Below, piece by piece: positions 23,329 through 30,374 of a DNA stretch of 32,000 nucleotides. This DNA is from Dehalococcoidia bacterium (GTDB taxonomy: Bacteria > Chloroflexota > Dehalococcoidia > SHYB01), in the NCBI GenBank assembly GCA_963666265.2, contig CAXXHW010000001.1, positions 566,088-598,087 of the forward strand, read 5' to 3'. Every line of letters begins with the position of its first letter. Position 1 is the stretch's first letter. Position numbers and translations under genes: made by a program. The notes beneath the pieces are model-generated. The model saw nothing but the letters and a program-made list of their open reading frames with translations. It was not told the origin of the DNA and did not search any database.

Positions 23329-24360
23329 CTAAAAGTCACGCTCGGAAAGAAATGTTACCAGTTCCTGGCATTCTTGCTTGGTACTAGGGGTTAGATCCAG
23401 CCCCTCCAACTCTTTGAGTGTCTGATGCGCCTGATCTCTCACGATCCCCTGACAGAAATCTTGGCTTTTGACCTCGTCGAGAATAGTGAAGAGGTCCGTC
23501 ATGTCCTTATCAGAGAGTGGCTCCTTGCTGCCATAGATCGTTGCGAAGCGCGCTGCGGAAGGGTTGTCGGAGGCGTGCCAGAGGGCGTGCACCACCGGCA
23601 AAGATTTTTTCCGCCTGTGGAGATCACTGGCTGTGGGTTTGCCCGTCGCTTCTTCAAGGCCCCATATGCCCAGGATGTCGTCCCGGACCTGGAACAGGCG
23701 TCCAATGCCGAAGCCGAAGCCGCGCATCCCCTCGACCGTGGCCGCACTCTCGCTACCGATGACAGCGCCGATATGGAGCGCGCATTCCAAGAGAGCCCCC
23801 GTTTTCTTTCCGATCATGAGCAAATAGTCGTCGACTGAGACGGAAGGACGCTGCTCGTAGCTAAGGTCCAGGACCTGACCCTCGATCATTTGCGCGCAGG
23901 CCTTGGTAAGGATGCGGGAGACGTTGAGGGTAGTCGCGGCGGGTAGGGAGGTCGAGCCATTGTGGAGCAGCGCTAGGTGAGCGAGAATGTTCATCGCATC
24001 CCCGGAGTTCAGGCCGTGGCTGTGACCCCAACAGAACCATAAAGTGGAGCGGTGGTGCCGCTTGGTATCGCCGTCCTGGATGTCGTCGTGGATTAGCGAG
24101 AAGTTGTGAATGAGTTCGATGGCTGCCGCCGCGGGAAGGGCCCGGTTCCAGTCCCCTCCGACCGAATCACATGCGAACAGGCAAAGGGCGGGCCGAACCG
24201 CTTTCCCTGTGACGGTCTCCGTCGGGTGGAATTCCTCATCCACCCAGCCCATGTGGTACCGGAGCATGTCATAGAGGGGAAGATCGCCCTGCGACAGCGC
24301 GCTTCGGAGTTCGGCGTCGATGTGGGGCCGGAATCTCGAGAAGACGTCGGGTAGCTGCAT
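23329..24360 (-). CDS. short-chain polyprenyl diphosphate synthase (FPP/GGPP synthase family)
   Basis: Track start is a TTG at 24363; the ATG at 24358-24360 is preferred. First Asp-rich motif LIHDDIQDGD and second FQVRDDILG. An aromatic residue (F) five positions before the first motif is consistent with a short-chain product. Confidence 0.88.
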   Translation of the reverse strand: MQLPDVFSRFRPHIDAELRSALSQGDLPLYDMLRYHMGWVDEEFHPTETVTGKAVRPALCLFACDSVGGDWNRALPAAAAIELIHNFSLIHDDIQDGDTKRHHRSTLWFCWGHSHGLNSGDAMNILAHLALLHNGSTSLPAATTLNVSRILTKACAQMIEGQVLDLSYEQRPSVSVDDYLLMIGKKTGALLECALHIGAVIGSESAATVEGMRGFGFGIGRLFQVRDDILGIWGLEEATGKPTASDLHRRKKSLPVVHALWHASDNPSAARFATIYGSKEPLSDKDMTDLFTILDEVKSQDFCQGIVRDQAHQTLKELEGLDLTPSTKQECQELVTFLSERDF

Positions 24361-24438
24361 CAAACTCTGCTCTGGCCACTCCCTTGGGGGGAGCCGGCGT
24401 GGAGATTGCGGCTCCGTACCTCGGCTAACGATGCTGGG

Positions 24439-24468
24439 AGGCTACCACAAACAGAGTAAACCTGTCAA
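24439..24468 (-). promoter_or_regulatory. candidate promoter for the polyprenyl synthase gene (-35 TTGACA, 18 nt, -10 TAGCCT)
   Basis: The reverse complement of 24463-24468 is a perfect TTGACA. The -10 is weak (3/6). Confidence 0.3.
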
Positions 24469-24613
24469 TTTACGTCTGCCGCGCACAGGGCACCGAGGTT
24501 GGCCGCAAACGGCGAGATGGGGTGGGAAGAAAGACCCGGGCCGTAGGCTCGAGGCATGCTGAAAAAGGGCGGAGGTCGAAGGGCTCTTGAGGGAGCTTGG
24601 GGGTGTTTTTCAG

Positions 24614-26731
24614 CTAGGAGGCGCTGGCCTCTTTGGCCTTTTCGTCAGCGATCGATCCGGTAAACGGCGGCGACTCCGATGCGAACAACGCGTCAAGCTC
24701 TGTCCCCTCGATGGTCTCGTGGGTGATGATGTGGCGCGCCAGTTGTTCCAGCTTGCCGCGATCAGTAGTAAGAATGTGCTCCGCCTGGTGCCTGGCGTCA
24801 TCGATGAGCCCGCTGATCTCGTCGTCTATCTCCTCCGCGACCCTGTCACTGTAATCGCGCTGCTCCGATATCTCTTTGCCAAGGAACACCATCTCTTGCC
24901 TCTGGCCGTAGGTGCGGGGGCCCAGTCCCGAGAGCCTGCGGGAGCTCTTCACAAGAACGTTGACGCCGCCATCGGGGCCGGTCTCGACCCCGGCTTTGGC
25001 CAGCACCTCAAGCAGGCTTGAATCCGGCTCCTTGCGGGACCGGTAGAGCTTGCCGCCGTTCACGGTTAGGAGAAGATCGTCACCGTACACCTCAATGCTT
25101 CCGACATCGCCCGCGCGGGCCCAGGCGATCATGGTGCTGATGGGCACTTGTTCGGAGACGCCGTCTCGCTCATGACTCATGCCGTATGAGGTAACCATCT
25201 TTTTGGCGATCTTGGTGGCATTCTCCAGGTCGCTGGAGGCGCCGGTGGTGATATCGCCAAAGACGATGCGCTCCGCAGTGCGGCCACCCAAGGCTACCGC
25301 AAGCATCGCCTCGAATTGCTGCCTGCTATAGAGGAACCGGTCCTCGTCTGGGAGCAGGCGGGTGTAGCCTCCCATAGACCCTCGGGGAATGATGGAGATC
25401 TTGTGCACGTGGTCCGCGTGCTCCATATGATGGGCCACCAATGCGTGGCCGGCCTCATGGTAGGCGGTCACTTCCTTTTCCCGGGGGTTGATGATCCGGC
25501 TCTTGCGCTCGGGTCCGGCGATGACTCGGTCTGCCGCCTCTTCGAGCTCTGAAGTGCCTATCAGCTTCTTGTTACGGCGGGCTGCCAGGATCGCGCCCTC
25601 GTTGACCAGGTTGGCCAGATCGGCGCCGCTGAATCCAGGCGTTTGTTTGGCGACGGTATCCAGGTCCACCTCTTCCTCTAGAGGTTTCCCTTTGATGTGG
25701 ACGTTCAGGATCGCTATCCTGCCGGAGATATCAGGCGCGTCGAGCACGACACGGCGGTCAAAGCGGCCAGGTCTCAACAGCGCTGGGTCGAGGATGTCCG
25801 GTCTATTGGTAGCTGCGATGAGGATGATATTGATGCTGGAATCGAAGCCGTCCATCTCGACGAGGATCTGGTTAAGAGTCTGCTCTCTCTCGTCGTGGCC
25901 GCCGCCCAGCCCTGCTCCCCGGTGGCGGCCCACCGCGTCTATCTCGTCTATGAAGATGATGCAGGGCGCGTTTCGTTTGGCCTGGTCAAAGAGGTCCCTG
26001 ACCCGAGAGGCGCCCACGCCCACAAACATCTCGACGAACTCACTGCCGCTAATATGGAAAAAGGGCACCCCGGCCTCGCCGGCTACCGCTCTTGCCAAGA
26101 GTGTCTTCCCCGTACCGGGCGGTCCAACCAGGAGTACACCCCTGGGAATCCGAGCGCCCAGCGCGGAGAATCGCTCCGGGAACTTTAAGAACTCCACGAC
26201 CTCCTGAAGCTCTTCCTTGGCCTCAACAACTCCCGCAACATCGGAAAAGGTAACGGTCGTGGTATTTCCGGTAAACCTTCGAGCACGGCTTCTTCCGAAG
26301 CTCATCGCCTGGTTGTTGCTCCCCTGGGCCTGACGCATCATGAACAGGATAATCGCGCCAAAGAAGATCAGGGGTAGGAAGGTGAGCATTACACCACCGA
26401 GGTTGCTCCATGAGCTCGACGACTTCACCTCGACGCGAACGGCATCCGCTCCTGAGATTGGGACACCGCCTGCCTCCAACAGCTCCAGGATGCTGACATC
26501 GCTCTCTTTGCGCGATTTCAGCTTATCCCCCTCTGTCGTCAAGGCCTTGATCTTGTCACCATCGACGACGATCTCCTCGATCTTCCCATCCTTGGCCAGA
26601 GTGATGATCCTCGTGATACTGACATCTTCTTCGCTGGACGAGGAGCCACCAAAGACGTTTATGAAAATAAGCACTATCGCCACAAGGATGAGGAGATAGA
26701 TGATGCTATTTCTCACCCAGCGTTGGTTCAT
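24614..26731 (-). CDS. ftsH: ATP-dependent zinc metalloprotease FtsH, with ~82-aa insertion in the M41 protease domain
   Basis: 705 aa. TM1 [18 protein letters not shown] and TM2 [17 protein letters not shown]. Walker A GPPGTGKT, Walker [33 protein letters not shown], zinc motif HEAGHA. Extra residues ~521-602 lie between YGMSH and [26 protein letters not shown]. Confidence 0.93.
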   Translation of the reverse strand: MNQRWVRNSIIYLLILVAIVLIFINVFGGSSSSEEDVSITRIITLAKDGKIEEIVVDGDKIKALTTEGDKLKSRKESDVSILELLEAGGVPISGADAVRVEVKSSSSWSNLGGVMLTFLPLIFFGAIILFMMRQAQGSNNQAMSFGRSRARRFTGNTTTVTFSDVAGVVEAKEELQEVVEFLKFPERFSALGARIPRGVLLVGPPGTGKTLLARAVAGEAGVPFFHISGSEFVEMFVGVGASRVRDLFDQAKRNAPCIIFIDEIDAVGRHRGAGLGGGHDEREQTLNQILVEMDGFDSSINIILIAATNRPDILDPALLRPGRFDRRVVLDAPDISGRIAILNVHIKGKPLEEEVDLDTVAKQTPGFSGADLANLVNEGAILAARRNKKLIGTSELEEAADRVIAGPERKSRIINPREKEVTAYHEAGHALVAHHMEHADHVHKISIIPRGSMGGYTRLLPDEDRFLYSRQQFEAMLAVALGGRTAERIVFGDITTGASSDLENATKIAKKMVTSYGMSHERDGVSEQVPISTMIAWARAGDVGSIEVYGDDLLLTVNGGKLYRSRKEPDSSLLEVLAKAGVETGPDGGVNVLVKSSRRLSGLGPRTYGQRQEMVFLGKEISEQRDYSDRVAEEIDDEISGLIDDARHQAEHILTTDRGKLEQLARHIITHETIEGTELDALFASESPPFTGSIADEKAKEASAS

Positions 26732-26821
26732 GTCGCCTCCAGGGTGACATCGCCACCCTGTAAAACCCTGTAACGCGCTGGTGGTTTAGACCAGGCGCTC
26801 TCTTACGTTTCAACCCCGGCC

Positions 26822-26850
26822 ATTATAACAAATATGTGCCGTCTCCGTAA
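26822..26850 (-). promoter_or_regulatory. candidate ftsH promoter (-35 TTACGG, 17 nt, extended -10 TGtTATAAT)
   Basis: Reverse strand reads TTACGGagacggcacatatttgtTATAATgg. The leader then contains hairpin CAGGGTG-gcgatgt-CACCCTG (26739-26759), directly abutting the GGAGG Shine-Dalgarno. Confidence 0.45.
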
Positions 26851-26919
26851 AAAGACAGCAGGAAAAAAGGCCCCACGTTCTTCAGGCCCTGCCAGGTGTA
26901 CGGTGGCGATCAGGTATGC

Positions 26920-26925
26920 TATCAT
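26920..26925 (+). promoter_or_regulatory. candidate extended -10 element (TGcTATCAT) for the greA-like gene
   Basis: caggtaTGcTATCATgttac about 60 nt upstream of ATG 26984. Same 12-mer tatgctatcatg as upstream of hpnH. Confidence 0.3.
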
Positions 26926-26983
26926 GTTACTGTATAAAGCCGGTGACCCTGCTAGAGTTGCTTACCCAAGGAGGCTGCGTCTT

Positions 26984-27787
26984 ATGCCCGATCCCGCAAC
27001 CGTTTGCCTGGGGGACGCTGTAACAGCTTTCTTGGTCGGTCAGAGCGCAAAAAACACTCCTGCTTTCCAGCAAGAGCTCCAGCGGATGGTGAGGTGGTAC
27101 GGACGAGACAGAGACCTGTGCGCGTTGAGCCCTTGGGAGATAGAGAGTTTCGGACAGAGCAGCGGTGCAGACTCCTCAGCAAAAATCGCTCCGGTGAAAG
27201 CCTTTCTAGCCTACGTCTATAAAGAAGGCGTGACTACCATAAACCTGGCGAATCACCTGAAGGTCAAGCGGACTCCCATACGGCAGAGACAGGCACGGAG
27301 AGTGGCAGCCCAGGCCGTCGCACGCCTATCCCCCGAGGGGCTTCAACGGATCAAAGATGACCTGGAAGGGCTTAAGGGACAGCGCATACGTGTAGCCGAC
27401 GACATCAAACGGGCCATGGCGGACAAGGACTTTCGGGAGAATGCTCCCCTGGATGCCGCGCGGGAGCAGCAGGGTCATCTCGAGTCCCGTATTCGAGATC
27501 TGGAACAGACCCTGAGCCATGCAGTGTCAGTGGATGAAGGCGGATTTCCGGAGGCTGGGTTCGGGGTATCCAGGCTGGGCAGCCGGGTCGTCGTCCACGA
27601 TATGGAGGTTGGCGAAGAGTTAACATACACGCTGGTTGACCCCTCAGAAGTAGACCTGGTTAAGGGCAAGATATCTGTCGATTCCCCGGTAGGAAAGGCG
27701 TTCTTGAACAGGTCTCCCGGCGAGATGGTCGAAGTCAATGCTCCCGGAGGAGCGGTGCAGTACCGGATCGAAAGTATCGACAGATAA
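26984..27787 (+). CDS. greA: GreA/GreB-family transcript cleavage factor fused to a ~113-aa N-terminal domain resembling an integrase SAM-like/core-binding fold
   Basis: Track ORF 26834.. trimmed to ATG 26984 (AAGGAGG 9 nt upstream). C-terminal ~150 aa align with E. coli GreA (LKGQRIRVADDIKRAMADKDFRENAPLDAAREQQGHLESRIRDLEQTL; ISVDSPVGKAFLNRSPGEMVEVNAPGG). The N-terminal part has no Gre counterpart. Confidence 0.8.
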   Translation: MPDPATVCLGDAVTAFLVGQSAKNTPAFQQELQRMVRWYGRDRDLCALSPWEIESFGQSSGADSSAKIAPVKAFLAYVYKEGVTTINLANHLKVKRTPIRQRQARRVAAQAVARLSPEGLQRIKDDLEGLKGQRIRVADDIKRAMADKDFRENAPLDAAREQQGHLESRIRDLEQTLSHAVSVDEGGFPEAGFGVSRLGSRVVVHDMEVGEELTYTLVDPSEVDLVKGKISVDSPVGKAFLNRSPGEMVEVNAPGGAVQYRIESIDR

Positions 27788-27806
27788 CTAATATCGGTCG
27801 ATAAAC

Positions 27807-27838
27807 AAAAGGCCTGCTGGGTTAGCGGGCCTTTTTTT
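27807..27838 (+). terminator. rho-independent terminator of the greA-like gene
   Basis: aaaaGGCCTGCtgggttaGCGGGCCttttttt: 7-bp GC-rich stem with one G-U pair, followed by a T7 run, about 20 nt after the stop codon. Confidence 0.65.
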
Positions 27839-27915
27839 AGTTGCTCAGCGGACGCTCCCTGACTGATGACAGCAGGATGTTTCAGCCGAAGGGGGTGCCC
27901 TGATCATCCCCGCAG

Positions 27916-28033
27916 AGGATGCTTTGAACCCTGGCGTAACCAGGTCTCTTGACGGAGGTGGGGTAAGGCCAGGAAGCGATCGGCATCATTCTCTCCCGCG
28001 CCGCCAGGCGCCTTGCCAGCGGGCGCTGCCCGC
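27916..28033 (+). repeat. GC-rich palindromic intergenic repeat, long copy 3
   Basis: aggatgctttgaaccc...ctcttgacggaggtggggtaaggcc...cggcatcattctctcccgcgccgccaggcgccttgccagcgggcgctgcccgcc aligns over ~115 nt with 28526-28641. Its end abuts the cta at 28034-28036, the reverse-strand TAG stop of the FmdB gene. Confidence 0.85.
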
Positions 28034-28450
28034 CTAGTCCAGAGCGGTCTCTTCTGGACCTCCCCCGGTGACCTCCCGGCTCTTCTCGTGAACCTTATGC
28101 TCCAGCATAGGCCCCGGGTCATAGAGGTCCCAGACATCCTGCCCGGCCTCGACCTTCTCAGCCATCTCTTTAAATTCCGAGCCCGCCTCACCCATCTCTC
28201 CGGCTACTCTCCGGGCCCATGCCGCCTGGCTTCGCTTGTCCCTTCCCTCGTAATGGCCCATCAAGCGGCTGGTGTCGATGCCGGTCAGAGTGCCGGCTCC
28301 ACCCTTTGCTATGACTACGCGAGATATCTTGCGGTGCAGGTGGTCCCCGCCGCAGTCGGGACAGGCTGGGTCGTCTTGGGACGCCATGCTGCGGAAAAAA
28401 ATACTGACGATCTTCCGGCAGTCTGTGCAGGCGTATTCGTAGATCGGCAT
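28034..28450 (-). CDS. FmdB-family zinc-ribbon protein
   Basis: 138 aa. MPIYEYACTDC....(CxxC)...CPDCGG is the N-terminal signature of the FmdB/CxxC_CxxC_SSSS family. GGAGGGAAGC precedes the ATG. Confidence 0.8.
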   Translation of the reverse strand: MPIYEYACTDCRKIVSIFFRSMASQDDPACPDCGGDHLHRKISRVVIAKGGAGTLTGIDTSRLMGHYEGRDKRSQAAWARRVAGEMGEAGSEFKEMAEKVEAGQDVWDLYDPGPMLEHKVHEKSREVTGGGPEETALD

Positions 28451-28525
28451 GCTTCCCTCCGAAATGCTCCATCCCTATTGTAGATATCGGGGCAAGCGGG
28501 GTCTAGCAGGATGCTGGGGTTTAGC

Positions 28526-28641
28526 AGGATGCTTCAGGGGGGGGTGTTCAGGACTCTTGACGGATGCGGGGTAAAGCGAGGGTGTGAGCCGCATCCTTCT
28601 TCCTGCGCCGTCAGGCGGAATGCCAGCGGGCGTTGCCCGCC
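28526..28641 (+). repeat. GC-rich palindromic intergenic repeat, long copy 4
   Basis: aggatgcttcagggg...ctcttgacggatgcggggtaaagcgagggtgtgagccgcatccttcttcctgcgccgtcaggcggaatgccagcgggcgttgcccgcc. Same orientation as copy 3, so the FmdB gene is bracketed by direct copies. Confidence 0.85.
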
Positions 28642-28684
28642 CTGCCGGGCTTCACAGTCGCGACTTCTGGAAGCTGCAGGTGGG

Positions 28685-28795
28685 TCAGGCGACTCTGCGC
28701 AGGTTGTCTGGACTCTCGCGCTTTCGAGATTTACGGGCAACGTAGAGTGCGCCCAGAAGGCCGATAACCGCTAAAAGCAATAGTAGCTTTCTCAT
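28685..28795 (-). CDS. possible 36-aa single-TM peptide
   Basis: MRKLLLLLAVIGLLGALYVARKSRKRESPDNLRRVA: a signal/TM-like hydrophobic core followed by a basic tail. Weak SD. Below the ORF-track cutoff. Speculative. Confidence 0.3.
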   Translation of the reverse strand: MRKLLLLLAVIGLLGALYVARKSRKRESPDNLRRVA

Positions 28796-29023
28796 CCGGT
28801 GACACCGCCCAACTTTTCGTCATGCTGGGTAACGACCTTTGACTGTTACCAGCATAGCATAGGACTTCCACGTGATCCCAGAGCCTGGTGTCACCCTGCC
28901 CGCGGCTTCGGCTGTCACGCCTGACCCGGCCCCGGAGAGCCGACCCTTTCCGGTTTCCCGCGTCTTGTGTCGGTGGTATCATTGTTCCTGCCGTCGACCC
29001 ATGCATTGCAGGTGTCAAACGAT

Positions 29024-30205
29024 ATGGACTTTAGCTTTACGCCCGAACAAGAAGCTTTCCGCCAGAAGATCCGTGATTTCCTGGCCCAAGAGCTCACCCC
29101 GGAATTCCGTCGCCGCGCATTGGCGGAAGGCGGCGGCGAGGGCCATGCGGTGGCGAGGGCCTTCTCTCGCACGCTAGCTGACAAGGGATGGATAGGCCTT
29201 TCATGGCCGAAAGAGTACGGAGGCGGAGGCCTGGGACACGTGGAGCGGGCCATCTATAACGAGGAGATGGTGCTGAACGATGTCCCGGAGATCCATCACA
29301 CCGCGGAGCGGCAGATGGGGCCAAGCATTATCGTCTACGGCACGGATGAGCAGAAAAAGCGCTACCTTCCACCTATAATCCGGGGCGAGGCTAGCTACGC
29401 CATCGGCTACAGCGAGCCGGGGAGCGGTTCTGACCTGGCCGGCCTTGAGATGCGCGGGGCTGAGGACGGCGATGACTATGTCATCAACGGCACCAAGCTC
29501 TGGGGCGGCACGAAGGAAGCGGACTACCACTGGCTGGCCGTCCGCACGAACCCGGACGCTCCCAAGCATCGCGGGATCAGCGTCTTCATCGTCGATCTGA
29601 GAAACACTCCGGGTATCACCATCAACCCCATCGTGGCGATGTCCGGCAACGCGGGTAACCTCTGTGAAACGGTCTACGAAGATGTTCGGGTCCCCAAGGA
29701 GAATATCATCGGAGAGAAGGACCAGGGGTGGTATGTAACAACCGGGAACCTGGATTTCGAGCGCTCTGGCATCGAACGAGTGGCCAGCAACTACAGGACT
29801 CTCCAGGACATCATCGCCTTCGCTCGCGACGCCCGGGTAGATGGAGTGCCCATCGCCTACCACCCCGCCATACGGCACCGTCTCGCGGAGCTGGCCATAG
29901 AGTTTCAGATCGGCCGGACCCTGTCGTATGTCGTCGCCTGGAAGCAGGGTGAGGGGCTGGACTTCAACCGAGAGGCCACGACCAATAAGCTGTTCGGGAC
30001 CGAGGTCAGCCAGCGCGTGGGCCGTATGGCCATCGAGGTGCTTGGTCTCTACGGTCAGCTATCGACCGGCTCCAGGAGGGCTCCCCTGGGTGGCCGGTTA
30101 GAGCAGGCCTATCTTCACAGCGTCTCCCTTACCATCGCAGGGGGGACCTCCGAGATACAGCGCAACGTCATCGCCACACGCGGCCTGGGACTCCCGCGCT
30201 CTTAG
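29024..30205 (+). CDS. acyl-CoA dehydrogenase family protein
   Basis: Track ORF trimmed to ATG 29024 (MDFSFTPEQEAFRQKIRDFL, the classic ACAD N-terminus). YAIGYSEPGSGSDLAGL, INGTKLW, and C-terminal IAGGTSEIQRNVIA. Confidence 0.9.
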   Translation: MDFSFTPEQEAFRQKIRDFLAQELTPEFRRRALAEGGGEGHAVARAFSRTLADKGWIGLSWPKEYGGGGLGHVERAIYNEEMVLNDVPEIHHTAERQMGPSIIVYGTDEQKKRYLPPIIRGEASYAIGYSEPGSGSDLAGLEMRGAEDGDDYVINGTKLWGGTKEADYHWLAVRTNPDAPKHRGISVFIVDLRNTPGITINPIVAMSGNAGNLCETVYEDVRVPKENIIGEKDQGWYVTTGNLDFERSGIERVASNYRTLQDIIAFARDARVDGVPIAYHPAIRHRLAELAIEFQIGRTLSYVVAWKQGEGLDFNREATTNKLFGTEVSQRVGRMAIEVLGLYGQLSTGSRRAPLGGRLEQAYLHSVSLTIAGGTSEIQRNVIATRGLGLPRS

Positions 30206-30335
30206 CGGGCGGGCAGCGCCCGCTGGCATGCGCCTTACGGCGGGGGAGAGGCACCAGAGCAGGTCCTTCGACAAGCTCAGGGCGAACGGGAGGCGGGCAG
30301 CGGCGGGTAGTACCCGCTGGCAAATCATGCTCGCA
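30205..30335 (-). repeat. GC-rich palindromic repeat, copies 5 and 6 (opposite orientation), separated by a ccttcgacaagctcagggcgaac block
   Basis: TAGcgggcgggcagcgcccgctggcatgcgccttacggcgggggagagg begins at the acyl-CoA dehydrogenase TAG (30203-30205). A second degenerate unit, ggcgggcagcggcgggtagtacccgctggcaaatc, lies at ~30291-30335. Confidence 0.75.
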
Positions 30336-30374
30336 GGGTTGCCGAATGGCACGTCCTGAATGGAAAGAACATCT

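Noticed and set aside
24926-25171. FtsH insertion interpreted as an intein
   Set aside because: No Cys/Ser/Thr at the upstream junction (..GMSH|ERDG..). No His-Asn plus Cys/Ser/Thr at the downstream junction. Far too short for a splicing plus homing domain. It resembles the protein's own N-terminal loop instead.
26984-27322. Integrase-like N-terminal domain of the Gre fusion as evidence of a mobile element
   Set aside because: Only the small helical core-binding-like domain is present. There is no catalytic tyrosine-recombinase domain, no att-like repeats and no neighbouring phage or transposon genes.
30291-30335. T-box-like string GGGTAGTACCCGC upstream of proS
   Set aside because: It resembles the T-box core GGGTGGTACCGCG, but the UGGN bulge needed to pair with the tRNA NCCA end reads UAGU. 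The leader is only ~170 nt, with no recognisable Stem I or specifier loop. The string is explained as a degenerate copy of the GC-rich palindromic repeat.
1441-30335. GC-rich palindromic repeats as a CRISPR array
   Set aside because: The copies are kilobases apart, in both orientations, of variable length, each in a different intergenic region. There are no regular repeat-spacer units and no cas genes.
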